This document shows, piece after piece, positions 22,561-35,203 of a stretch of 64,000 nucleotides of DNA (positions are counted from its first letter, which is position 1; each line of letters opens with the position of its first letter). The stretch is taken from NCBI GenBank assembly GCA_030295235.1, contig AP026123.1:1860001-1924000 (forward strand), written 5' to 3'. This stretch comes from Fistulifera solaris (taxonomy: Eukaryota). Both the position numbers and the translations under genes were made by a program. Under the pieces are notes generated by a model. It was not told where the DNA came from and ran no database searches. It saw only the letters and a program-made list of their open reading frames with translations.

Positions 22561-23799
22561 ATTTACCGCGATTCGGGAAATATTATTGTTGAATCAAGTG
22601 GAGAGCAAAGAAAATTTAAAAGTCGTGTCTGCTGTGCTTTTTTGTTTCGCCACAAATGACGGCAAAGAAAGACAAATGAAGGCAAGAACAGGCAAGCCGG
22701 CCGTGAAAACGCAAGATACGCATGGCCAAAAGCTGGGCGGGAAATTATTCTTCTCTGGAATAGAAAGTACCCTCTATGATTGGAAATGTACACCAAGATA
22801 CTTTTCTCCGGGACCAACAACCGAAGTGTAACTCGTAACCTTACTTTGGGCAATATCAATGAAAATATCGTCGAAGCACGCTGATGCATATTATTTTCAC
22901 AATCGAGAGCGACGAGCAATAGATGACAAACACACGAATCAGTATTCGGTCGAGCAGCTGTCAAAACGTTTTTCAAAAGCAACCGTCGCTTCCTTTGCCC
23001 AGCGTCAGTCCTGCTCAAAAGCCGAGATTATGACGAGATTCCGTTCCGCGTCGTAGAAACTCACCATCGTTGTTTTACCCGCTCGTTTCTCCAAATGCAA
23101 TGCCTTAATCATCGGCTGCTCCACTAACGTAGCTAATTACAAAGATGTTGGGCATGTTCGCGATGTTGATCGAAAAGTTGTTACTTGATTCATAAACGCT
23201 AGAAAGCTCGATGGCTAGGCCGAGCAAATTAGGTCTCAAGCGCGTAATTGACTTCCCAAAATAAAGCTTGCGCGGTGTGATGCAATGACTCGACTTTTCT
23301 AAGTCGTCATTAGTAACTCGGACAGTATTTTCCATGTCACGGTAATGCGGAGAATCACTGTGAATGCCAGCGCTCACCATAACTTCTAGACCCACTAAAG
23401 TCTGGAAAGAGCCTCGTGGCTTCTCTTTCGAAAAGTAGCGCGAGTACATCAGCTGATGGGTCCGGTAGCCGTCGAATTTGATCAACAGATGGTTAAAGGT
23501 TCTCTGTATCTATCCACAAGTCACGTAGATCAAATGACTCTTGAAGAGTCGCATTTTCCACTGTTTGCGGTGCGTTGGGTTTATTCGAAGATGAAAGTAG
23601 TGTCGAGCAGAAAACATTGTAGCGGTATTCCAAACCGTGTTCCGTTGACGCCAATTGAAATTTAAGCATTTCGCCGTCGATGTGCTCCACCCTTTGAAAT
23701 TCGTATAACAAATTGAAAAGTCTCTACGGGCCTTTTAACACCGACAGATGCATTCGATAGTTTCATTGTTGCACAAGCAGAAGTCCGGAAAGGTGCAAA

Positions 23800-23841
23800 G
23801 CGAGGGCTCTGGAATCGAACGCGAGGGCTCTGGAATCGAAC
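23800..23841. repeat. Perfect 21-bp tandem duplication containing a B-box-like GTTCGATTCC on the minus strand
   Basis: gcgagggctctggaatcgaac occurs twice in tandem. Confidence 0.85.
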
Positions 23842-24111
23842 GCGTCAGCTCAATTGCAATAATTTTCATTTTTAGCCGCGAGTTGTAGTTCACAAAAACA
23901 CAAACTGCATGAGGAAAGGATGAACGCAATTTTGTGGCATAAAGAATGTGGGCAATAAACGTGGTGGAGCTCTTTTCGACTTTCGACAAACAGCTCATTC
24001 TGTCGGTTTCCATCAAAACAATTTTAGTTTCGATGACGGCGAAAGAGACGGAAACAAAGACCCGTACAAACAAACTTCGTGTCGCAAAGGGTTTAAGTAC
24101 AGTAACACGAA

Positions 24112-24128
24112 CATTAAACCAACGGTGC
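24112..24128 (-). pseudogene. 5' part (17 nt) of the interrupted host tRNA-Gly(GCC) gene
   Basis: Minus strand GCACCGTTGGTTTAATG. GCACCGT pairs perfectly with ACGGTGC of the 3' part at 18225-18231, and GTTT pairs with its AAAT D-stem strand. Confidence 0.85.
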
Positions 24129-24542
24129 AGATGCATCGAAGACGAGGAATTGGAGTTCTTGACTTAATTCTGATTCCGATGGTGGTGTTGGGGTGTTTGA
24201 ATTCAACGGCAGCCCGGAGAAATGGATGGTTGAAAATGAGTAACCCTTAACCTTATAGTGGTTAGGAACAGAGAAGTTGTGTACACTTAGAGATATGCTT
24301 CGAATCGCGGACGGACATAAGTAAAGATAGCCGTCTAACGGACAGACCGGGATCGCATTCGCATGAAAACTGGACACTGGACTCTCTTTGCGCGGCGTGA
24401 TGGTTGACGGTTGACACCTCTTTTCTTGGACGCGTCACCTCGGACCGATGTCAATCGACCGATCTCCAGAAGCGAAAGAATAATTGCAACCGTTCACAAA
24501 CCCTCCAAAAACACGCTGTAGCAACCATTTCAACACAAGTTC

Positions 24543-26495
24543 ATGTCTCGCGTTATATATAACATGAGGATTGTTCATTCGACTACAAGTAGCCCCGCTC
24601 CGGTTGCGGATAACACCAAGGATTTGGCCACTCCGAAAGTCCCCCGTGGGCTTCGCGGTTTGTCGGTGGCCTCGGGCGTTGCTCGGTCATCGGGTGATAT
24701 GTCGGACCTTCAGCAAGATGTTGCCGCGATTGAGCAGTGGTGGCAGGATCCTCGATGGAAGCACACGAAGCGTACTTACTCGGGTGAGTAGTTTGTTATC
24801 GAAAGGTTTTATAGAAGATCATTCCCGTGTCTCACCTCTAACCCGTTCTTGTTTCTGCCGTTTCAGCCATGGATGTTGCGTGCCTTCGGCCCTCTCACCA
24901 AGCTCGTGGTGGTTCCTTGGAGGCCCCGGGTACCTCCTTTTCATCGCAACAGTCCATGAAGCTTTGGGATCTGTTGACAAAGTTGCATGAGGTTGGAGGT
25001 TACTCTCATACCTTCGGAGCGCTCGACCCTGTTCAGGTAACGCAGATGGCCCCTCACTTGTCGTCAATTTATGTCTCCGGCTGGCAATGCAGTTCCACGG
25101 CTAGTACAACAAATGAACCTGGGCCCGACTTTGCGGATTATCCCAGCAACACTGTACCCAACAAAGTCGATCAGCTCGTCAAGGCTCAACTTCATCACGA
25201 CCGTCGTCAGCAACAAGAGCGCTCTCAGGCTCTTCTTGCCGGACAGGATCCGGGTACGAAACTGGACTACCTAAAACCCATTGTTGCCGATGGAGATACC
25301 GGTCATGGTGGTCTAAGCGCCGTCATGAAACTGACAAAACTCATGATCGAGGCGGGGGCAGCCGGTATGCACTTGGAGGACCAAAAACCGGGAACCAAAA
25401 AGTGTGGACACATGGGTGGAAAAGTGCTTGTTTCGACTCAAGAGCATATTGATCGCTTGGTGGCGGCCCGCTTGGCGGCGGACATTATGGGTGCCAATTT
25501 GATCCTCGTGGCCCGCACCGACGCCGAGGCGGCAACTTTGTTGGATAGCAACATTGACGGTCGTGACCATCCTTTCATTTTGGGTGTGACGGATCCTTCT
25601 CTGCCTTCTTTGCAAGAAGTGCTGGCGAGTGCGCCGCCGGAACAAGCCGCTCAAGTGAGTGCGGAATGGAAGGCCAAGGCAAATTTGATGACTTTCTCGG
25701 AGGCGGTGTTGTCCGAAATTGAGCGTTCGGCAGCACCCGCTTATCGCAAGCGGCAAATGAAAGATCAGTGGATGTCCGCTGATCCTGATATATTGAGTAA
25801 TGCCGCGGCACGACGTATCGCAGATCAAATCTTGGGGCGCAAGAATGCAGTAAGTACCTTTCGGTTGTGCTTTGTTGGCGAGGTCAATTTGCATCTCATA
25901 CATTTGTACTCAATATTCTCACTTCATGTTGCAGGTCTACTTCGACTGGGAAAAGTGCCGCGTGCGTGAGGGTTACTACCAGTTAAAGGCTGGAATCGAT
26001 TATTGCGTTCAGCGCGCTAGAGCCTACTCGCCTTACGCCGATCTCATCTGGATGGAGACGGCAATTCCTGCCGTGAGCGATGCCGCAAAATTCAGTCACG
26101 GTGTCCGATCGGCTTGCCCGCACCAAATGTTGGCTTACAACTTGAGTCCTTCTTTCAACTGGGATGCATCAGGTATGAGTGACGCAGAAATCAGTCGTTT
26201 CAATGACGATTTAGGCCGTCTTGGATACGTTTGGCAGTTTATCACTCTCGCCGGTTTCCACAGTAACGGTTTGATTATCACTGAACTTGCTAGAGCATAC
26301 GCCGACCGTGGAATGATCGCATACTGTGAACTTATTCAACGACAGGAGCGAAAGAAGCAGATTGAACTTTTGAAGCATCAAAAGTGGTCTGGGGCTGAAT
26401 TGATTGATCAGCAAGTGATTGTGGCATCTGGAGGTGTCTCTTCTACTGCTGCAATGGGATCAGGAGTCACCGAATCGCAGTTTGGAACGCACTAG
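24543..26495 (+). CDS. ICL: Isocitrate lyase, 3 exons (introns 24784-24866 and 25850-25934)
   Basis: Catalytic KKCGH motif, [36 protein letters not shown] and QFITLAG. Confidence 0.97.
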
Positions 26496-26787
26496 TTGAA
26501 TACAACATTGCTCGATAAGATACTACCTGGTAACATACGTTAGGAATCTACATTTTTCGATAGCAATGGCTCCTTTTCAAAAGAGAATTGCTTGATTAAG
26601 CAAAGATTAATCACTCCCTATTCCATTCAACAAATCTACGAAGCACTACATTTTTATGAATTCGTGTTTCTATGATGTGAATCAGTTTGAACAATCACTA
26701 CTCGAGTGATGTTGGGCAGCGGTATAGAATCAATCCCGCGCTATTTCTAAATTCTAACAACAGTATCATGCGTTGTTCCTGAACTGG

Positions 26788-28576
26788 CTAGTCGGTAATG
26801 CGACATTTCTTGGACGGAGAAGCGAGATCGGGTGAGCTCGGTGCTTCAGCAGAATCTTTGCTGCTATTCTCGCAGTTCTCCTTTGACCCAATATCAGTAG
26901 CGTTATCTTCTTTCGAATCGTTGCTGTTTGATTTGGGGGTTGAATCACAATTCGGGTGAACGAAAGTCGGAAGTTCGCTACTCGTGATGTGCTTCAAGCT
27001 AAGGTCCATCCCAGCGACGCGATTGCTCCATGAGTTGACGCTATGAAGAAATGCAGAGGGTGCAAAACGCATATCGATTGTATCGACTCCGTCTGCAAAA
27101 CGAAGCGCAATGAAAAAGAGAGATTCGTGGATTGCATTTTCGTCTTTCGTCTTTCCCTGCCCCAAACAATTGCCGTCGCTATCGTAGCTGCGATCAAAGA
27201 AGCGGGCAAACGGCCAAGCGTGAACTTGCTCGGTCTCCAGATCTGTGATCAGCACACGAAGACGTGATTCCACGAGACGGAACCACTCAACGAAATCCTG
27301 TCTGCTCGTGGCGCGAATTGTTACTTGAAGAAAATGTTCGTGTCGACTAAAGAAATCAGACGGTTTGAACAAGGCCGCAAAATCATTCTTGTGCTTTCGC
27401 AAGTGGTTGCATGCAAGAATCATCTCGTTCTGAATGCTGCGTAGCTGCGGAAAACCCACATTGTACGACGAATTCATGCTAGGATAAGCAGGAGTAATGA
27501 TAGGCATTATATGGAGCCCATCACGAGGGTTCACATCAGGGTTCCATGCAGGCAGTTCGACAACGCCGTCTGGTGGGGTCTCTTGAATCGGCTGGAGCAG
27601 TACAGGGTTCGCCCATTTCCAAGACGCGAATACTCGAAAGAAAATCTCCAAAAGATTCGATGTGCTAGCACGAGGATGGTTTTTGCATACCCAGGCAACA
27701 AGAATTGCCCAATTTATACCACCAAGAAAGCCTGTGAAAAATTAATAGCAACACAACGTTAGACGAGGAACATCTTTCGAAGAATGAGAACAATCGCAAC
27801 GTACCTAGCACGTTCGAATAAATCCCAGATTGATGCGCCCATTCTTTGACTGCTTTAAGCACCGTCATATAAGCTTTGTAGTCAGGGACCATCTCTTGAA
27901 GCATCTGACAAACACGAGCTCCATTCATCGATCGAACTCCCGCTTCGTCGAGACCCACAAGATCACGGTCATCGATAATGTACTCGACTCGCGGCGTTGA
28001 AGAGACTAATTGAGTCGTCACCAGGGGACTCACACGTTGTCGTTGAAAGGCTAAAAGCTTCGAAGGATTATCAACTCTCGCAAATAGCATATCAATCTGA
28101 TATCCTTTCAACAGAAACTTGATCACCGGTGTATAAGCAGTTGGGATTGGATGAACTTGGTCAATAAGGGGATCGCTTTTCAGCATGTCCACAAGGGACG
28201 TGAAAAAGTCTTTACGTGTGCAAGAAGGAGGAGCAATCGCGAGAACATCAAGATCAGACGACTTTCGATGTACCCCGAGGCGAAAGGAACCGATACTGAC
28301 AAGTGTCACGCGAGGTGTCTGCCATGGATTTTCGGGAAACGAATGAGCATTGCTGTTGATTGTACGCGCGGCCATCGCCCATCGCGCGAGGATCTTTTCC
28401 AGATAGTCCAATGCTAATCGTCTACTATGGTAATCACTACCCTTGTATGTCTCGATTTCCGCAACAGCCTCTTCTAGCACCCCGGGTCTATCACTCGCTC
28501 CGGCCTTTTGTCTTCGGCGTGTCTGTTTGTTTTGCTTGTTTGCCGCAAAGGGCGTACTCGATGAGAGGGATGTCAT
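26788..28576 (-). CDS. PAP: Canonical poly(A) polymerase (start codon uncertain), intron ~27733-27805
   Basis: GSFRLGVH...SDLD, AYTPVIKF, RSMNGARV, GIYSNVLG|FLGGINWA, HIMPIITPAYPSMNSSYNV and VESRLR motifs. Confidence 0.92.
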
Positions 28577-29410
28577 GGCTTTCGATTGCAAGGTCACGTG
28601 TGTCTGTATCCTTTGTAGGTTATCGTATAATGTTTATAACGTGAACAATCGAGTGCTAATCGATTCTTTGGGATTGCTGAAAGTGATCGCTCCTTTTCGG
28701 GACAGCTCCACACTATTCATCAAAACGCAATCCGATGCGGCGACGTCGCGATGTTTTTGCAGTCTTGCGACTTTCATCCCTTTGCAACCAAAAATTCCCA
28801 GTACAATTTCTACGTACGAAAGACAACGAAGCATTCGGAGTCTCGATGGAATTCATGTTTGAAAGTGTTCCCAAAAATATCGAACTCGCCGAAAACTGAA
28901 AAATTCCAGTGTTTTCTTCTTATTCGGTCTCGTAGAAGATATATACAGATACTATTATTTTATAAGTACTAAAATCAGAAATAAGTGTTTTCCTACTTAA
29001 TAAATGCTTTGCGTATGATGTTTCATTGCACGCGAACATCTCATTTTAGAAAGTCACAACGTTACAACGAAGTGAGTGGGAGGAACGGCGATAAGACATG
29101 ATTGTTTGTCGTCGTCCACGTTCTTCGTCACACGTCACACGGAGCTTTCCTTATTGATCCATTGCACTATGAAAGAAACAGTGGTGTCAGCTGTCCGCGA
29201 CGGATCTTTCGGTCATCAGGAAAAATGCGACTATAGCAGTAGTTTGTACCATTGAGAAAAGGTCATGGTCATCTCGTTTGGCAGAACAAGCGGTCTTTTC
29301 GATCCAACAAAAAGCGGACCAAAAAGGATCGTCTCGTTGACATTCAACAGGAAGTCATCTCGCTGATCTCGTTGAAAAGCTATTTGCCATAGTTCATAGA
29401 ATAATCGACC

Positions 29411-29683
29411 ATGGAGGCCCCACGAAAATCGAAGAAAAAGGGAATGAGCAAATCTGGTGTTCGCACCAAGTTCTTGATCGAATCTCTCCGAAATGAGTAT
29501 TACGAATTGCGCAAGGAGAACGAGAAACTCCGCGCTATGGTCTCTGACAACCTTCCTGGAAGTGTTTCCCGCGAGATATTGGCCGATTGTTTCGATAACA
29601 AGGCTACCAAGGCTGTGGTCACTAATATTGATGAGTTGGCGGGAGGCATGAATCTCGACGATGATGAGGATGAAGAGGCCTAA
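29411..29683 (+). CDS. Small protein with a bZIP-like leucine zipper and an acidic tail
   Basis: KFLIESLRNEYYELRKENEKLRAMV heptad pattern after a Lys-rich stretch. Confidence 0.55.
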   Translation: MEAPRKSKKKGMSKSGVRTKFLIESLRNEYYELRKENEKLRAMVSDNLPGSVSREILADCFDNKATKAVVTNIDELAGGMNLDDDEDEEA

Positions 29684-30770
29684 GTGACGGCTATGAGGCT
29701 ACGGATGAGGTGCCTTTCAGCTCGCAAAACACTATTGACAGGGGCACCGCTGTGAAAGTTATACTTTGCGATGAAGTTTGTAGTAAGACAAGAAATTATT
29801 AATGCATTTTATAACTATTTTGTTGTCGACTTGTTCCTACTCTTTACAACAATAGATCGCCAGCAGAAATCCATTATCGGCGTTTAATCTTAGAGGAGAT
29901 CTGCAGCCTATTTAATGCCATTGGGAGTGGGAAAACGCTTAGGACGAACAGGAACTGCTGCAACTTGCCTTTTAAAAATGGGATTCGCGTCGGGCTTCTT
30001 CTTGATTCCGTGTTTTCGCCTCTTGATGAAATCGCTGTCCCTCTGGATCCATCGAGAAACACTCTCCTACTTATCTAAAGTTGTTTGGGATAATTACTCA
30101 CCATGGTGAAGTTGGGCACTTTCTAGTATGTCGACAAGCTTGAATGCGGATCTATTGCGGATCCATAGGATAGGTAGACACGGGCGGTTGATGCACAGAC
30201 CAGACTACGACTGGTTCATTCACGAGAGAAGAATAATCACGCACCTGCCACACCTGCGCCACTTTCGCGTCCGCACCGCAATTTTTCACAGCGACGCCTC
30301 GAGACAATTGTATTGTATGTAAACATTGACATTGCCTGTCTTTTTGAAGAAAGCTTTCAGAAGGGTTGCCAGAGGTCAAGCCCTGATAGCTGAGAGTGGA
30401 AGTATTGAAGCACAATAACTAAAAGCCGCACGAAAAGCATCATCATAAAGTTGAGACCTGACTCATTCCTCCTCGGCCTCCATTCTTCGTGGACAGAAAC
30501 TTGGCAGTTCCTTTGTTTCGTCGTGAAACCTTCACTTTGGTTAACCTCCTTCTTCTGTTTTCGGTATCGGCTGGAAGCGCTTGTCAGAGTTGAGCACGGA
30601 TCTTTCTTGAGGGTTAACCACTCAGCTTTTCTTCTTTTCCTTCGAAAATCAATAGGTGAAGCTAATTGAAACCACGAAACGCTCTTTTCTACCGAAAATA
30701 TATCGAAATAGTTAGCTAAATCGAGGCTCATACTGATTATATTGCGAGAATGCGTCAAACAACGGCAGCC

Positions 30771-33700
30771 ATGTTTTTAAGCTCTTTGACGTTTTGCTTG
30801 TGTCTTGCGAGTTCTGACTCGTTCGCCTTTTCACCGATCGGCTCAGAAAGCTTCGGCGAGACACGTAAGCTTCACTTCCCCGGAAACAACGCAGTCACCA
30901 GCTGTGAATGACGGTCCTTTGCGTAAGAATGATTCTGGAAAAACGATCATATTGGCCAGTGAAGAAGAGTTTATTAAGCCGGACCGTGATCGTTACAACT
31001 ATCGAATGATCTTGCTACCCAACAACTTACAAGTCTTGCTGGTGTCGAACGGAATGAAGGAAGGCGACGTAGGAGTCGAAGCAGCATCGGTCCATGTCCA
31101 AGCGGGGCACTTTGATGACAGTCTTTCGGGCCTCGCCCATTTCCATGAACATATGCTTTTTCTTGGCACGAAGCGCTATCCTGACGAGGATGAATATGAA
31201 CGCTTCCTCAACACGCATTCAGGCTTCAGTAATGCCTACACCGATATGGAAGATACCAACTATTACTTTTCGGTAACAACAGAAGCTGGATCTCCCAATG
31301 AGCCTTCAGAAGCGTTGACGGGTGCTCTGGACCGATTCGCACAATTCTTTATTGCTCCACTCTTCTCTCCAGACGCTGTTGACAGAGAACTGAAAGCTAT
31401 TGATTCGGAATATTCCATGTCAAAAACAAGCGATTCCTGGAGAAATTTTCAACTGATGAAATCGGCTTGCAATCGTGATCATCGGTTTTCTAAGTTTGGG
31501 TGCGGCAATTATGAAACCTTGTCGGAGCGCGGATCCGATTTTCTTTTGTCGGAATTGAAACGATTTTGGGACACTTATTATCAATCCTTCAACTTGCGCC
31601 TTGCTGTTGTCGGTCATGCATCCTTAGATACCTTGCAAAAGACAGTGGAAGATACTTTTGGGAACCTACCGCAATCGGAAGGGTTTCATAGATATGCGAA
31701 ATCCCTGCCGGGGCAAATATTTTCAAGGGAGCATGTGAGTGGTGTTGTCGCATTTGGACCTGATCAACTCGGTTTAGTTCGAAAGGTCATTCCGTACGCG
31801 GAGACTCGTGTTATCAAGCTGTACTTCGCTACTCCACCGTTGGATGATCCTGCGGTGAAGAAATCCAGACCAGACCGTGTCTTGGCCCACATTCTAGGTC
31901 ATGAATCACCTGGATCACTCTACCACTTGTTGAACGGAGAGGGCTTTATACAATCCTTATCAGCGGGGAGTGCTATCGATACCTCTGATTTTTTCTCTTT
32001 TGCCGTAACCGTGTCATTAACACCCAAAGGGATGCAGGAAAGGGAAAAGGTGCTTGATTACGTATTTCAATGGATTGCGCTCTTCAAAAGAAGTCAAGAA
32101 AAACTACCGTACTACCACAACGAGTTACGGCAAATTTCAGAAGTAAATTTCAAATTCAGAGAGAACGGTGATCCGACCGACTTTGCGTCATCAGCCGCAG
32201 AACTTCTATTTGATGACCTTCTTGAACCAAAGATGCTCATTAAAGGCAGCTCCGCCGTCTCCGACTACGATCCCGACATCGCAAATGCATTCTTCGACAG
32301 AATTTCGCCTACAAATTGCATGATTACAATCACAAGCTCAGATTTTGACAGTTCGCAAGGCGAATGGGAGACAGAAAAGTGGTATGGGGCGAAGTATCAA
32401 ACAGAACGTATCGCCGAAGCGTCAATTGCTGTATGGACCAACCCTACGATCGACGAGCGTCTCCATCTACCTGCGATGAACAAATACATCCCCACAGACT
32501 TTTCCCTTAAATGCGACTCTGCCAAGGACAAGGACGAAGTAGACTCTGCGGATACGGAAAGCGTTCCTCCGGAACTCATCATCAATCAGCCGTATCTTAG
32601 GTTGTGGCACAAGATGGATCGCTTTTGGCGCGTCCCTAAAACATACGTCAGATTTGCGTTGAACTCACCCCACATTTACTCCTCTCCGCGAAGTATGACA
32701 TTGAACCGCTTGTTTCAGAGAGTACTTAACGACGACTTGAATAGCTTCGTGTATGATGCTTCCCTAGCTGGTTGTGGATACAGGGTGTCTTGCGCCCCAA
32801 GAGGGTATCGAATATCCGTCAGTGGGTATTCAGAAAAGGTACCATTTCTTTTAGAGACTTTGACTAGCCGAATCATAAGTCTGATTGAGGAGATGAAAAC
32901 CGGCAACGCCGTTCTCGAGCGGAGGTTTAAGAAAGCAAAAGAAAGCCTTTTGAGGGAAACGAAGAACTATCGCCTCGATACGCCTCATGAGGTTAACAAC
33001 TACAACTCGCGTCTTTTGATTGAAGAGAGCGTTTGGTATCTAGACGATTACTTGAACGAGTTAGAAGGAGAGTGGGGAATGCGCGATCCGCTTACTATGG
33101 AGGAGTGTGCTAAATCGGCAGAGCAGTGCTTCACTGGACGTCTACGATGTGAGGCCTTGTGCATGGGAAGTATTGATGAAGATGGTGCAAGAGCAGTCGC
33201 CAAAGTGGTGGAAGATCGCTTCCTCAATCGTGTGCGTCCTATGTCGGAAGCTGAAAATCCCGTTTTTCGTTCCTTTAAGCTGCCAACTAGAGACGAAGCT
33301 GTCAAAATTTTCGGCGCCGGAGTCTCGGAACGTCAGTTCCCGCTTGTTCACCAAAATCTCGCATTCAGCGCAACGGAAGAAAATCATGCCGTCGAGATAA
33401 TTCTTCAAGTCGGGAGCGAATTTGATTTAGGGTATGAGGGCATGGCAATGTTAGATCTGATGACACATATGTCATATCTTAGTGCCTTCAACCAGCTACG
33501 CACGAAAGAGCAGCTTGGGTATTACGTCAGTTCCTTTGCCCGTAAAACGGCGGGAGGGTCCTGGTCTATGGTAGTGTTGGTTCAAAGCGCTGCATATTTA
33601 CCCGAGAAGCTAGAAGAACGTTGCGAAGCTTGGTTGGTACAATTTCGAAAGGAACTAGACGAAATGGACCCCAAAGACATAGTTCAAGAGGCTTCTTCTG

Positions 33701-34119
33701 TTGCCGCTCAACTATTAGAAGTTGAGACGAAACTGTCTCAGGAAGTCAGCCGTGTATGGGGTGAAATCTTGAACACAGAAGGCTTAGCAGATGCTTCGAG
33801 AACGCCCGCTTTTGATCGTCTTGAAAAGTTAGCTGACATACTCACAGTTGACGAGGACGAAGGCGAGTCGTACATGACTGGGGAAGAGTTGAAGCGTCGA
33901 TTGCTCGATCTTTATGATCGCTCGATTTCAGCCAATTCTCCGACCAGAAGAGCTCTTTCAGCTCGCGTATACGGTCACAAGGCTAAAGCCGAATATGAAG
34001 CGTCTCTCAAACAACCAGGTGTTCTGTCAACTTATTCGGACATGATACATTTGAAGCAGCATCTGTCAACATGGCCTATTATTCCTTACTGGACCCGCAA
34101 CGAAGTTTCCTCTGATTGA
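30771..34119 (+). CDS. Insulysin-like M16A metallopeptidase, probably plastid-targeted
   Basis: GLAHFHEHMLFLGT (HxxEH), NAYT, ALDRFAQFF and FNQLRTKEQLGY motifs. The signal peptide from ATG 30771 (MFLSSLTFCLCLASSDSFAF) is in a different frame, implying an early frameshift. Confidence 0.93.
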
Positions 34120-34210
34120 TCACCATAAATTATGACCAAGCAAGTTCTTAGACTCCACTAAATGAACATAAAATGGGGTCAAATATCGTTAATATAGACT
34201 TTAAACATCC

Positions 34211-35203
34211 TTACAACTGGGTATCGGTCTGCTTGTTGTACTCCAAGACACGATCGATCAAACCGTATTCGAGAGCTTCCTGCGCGCTCATGAAGTTATC
34301 ACGATCCAAATCCTTTATGATTTGATCCTGCGTTTGCCCGGTCATCATGCTGTACATCTTGACCAGGTTGTCGCGAATTCGCATGATCTGTCCTGCCTCG
34401 ACTTTAATGTCTTCGGCCTGTCCTCGAGCCCCTCCCATAGGTTGATGAATCATGATGCGCGACGAAGGGAGAGCCAAGCGCTTGCCTTTGCTTCCAGCAG
34501 CCAAAATGAAAGATCCCATACTAGCTGCCAGACCCAGATTGATTGTGATCACTTCACTTTTGATGTGTTGCATGCAATCGTAAATGGCTAGACCAGCAAT
34601 AACGGAACCACCAGGAGAGTTGATGTATAGGTAAATGGGTTTATCCGAGTCTTCCGAGTCTAAGTACAACATGACACCAATCACCTGATTAGCCAATTCA
34701 TCGTCAATCTCCGCACCCAAAAAGATGATACGCTCTCGATAAAGACGGTTGTAAATGTCGACCCTGTTCGATCATCAGGAAGAAAAAGTTAGACAAATAT
34801 CGGTTGCTGAAGGCACAAAACAAGAAAGGACTCTTACCAATCGGCACTTTGACTTCCGGGGACGCGGTAAGCGACTTTTGGTACACCAATCGGCATCATC
34901 TTGATATCATTTCTTCGCGAGGGAAGATGCACTACTTCTTCCATAGGTATTCATGACACTCTTGACCGGAGTTGAGACGACGCCGTAGTCTCGAGGCACG
35001 AATGAAGAAGCTGTAAAGGGGGGAAATGACACAGGAGAAATGAGAGATGCAGATTTTATGACTTAAAGGCTCACGCGTAATGATTTTCACGTGTTGTCGT
35101 CGAAAAAGTCTTGGTGCACACTTAACGTACCATACGCATCAGCACCCAAAATTTGCGAGCCCAAACACAGCAGAGCAGTCAACGATGTTACGAAAGAAAT
35201 CAT
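34211..35203 (-). CDS. clpP: ATP-dependent Clp protease proteolytic subunit, nuclear-encoded and plastid-targeted; introns ~35011-35130 and ~34764-34837
   Basis: [39 protein letters not shown] (catalytic Ser), RIMIHQP (His) and DRD.FMSA.EA..YGLID. Probable one-base frameshift at ~34921. Confidence 0.93.

Larger units (their letters stand above)
18277..24113 (-). mobile_element. ~5.8 kb tRNA-Gly-inserted element encoding a ubiquitin/HNH/HNH/AP2 protein and carrying a replacement tRNA-Gly
   Basis: Bounded by the two complementary parts of one tRNA-Gly gene. Minus-strand termini read TGT...ACA. Exact ends are uncertain by 1-2 nt; no clear target-site duplication. Confidence 0.85.

Noticed and set aside
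18224..24128. Split tRNA interpreted as a trans-spliced, permuted or intron-containing tRNA
   Set aside because: The insert is 5.8 kb and contains Pol III terminators and a spliceosomal gene. D-loop bases are missing and I see no bulge-helix-bulge or complementary leader sequences, so insertional disruption is simpler.
24543..26495. Isocitrate lyase as cargo of the tRNA-inserted element
   Set aside because: It lies outside the 5' tRNA fragment that marks the element boundary and is a normal intron-containing host gene.
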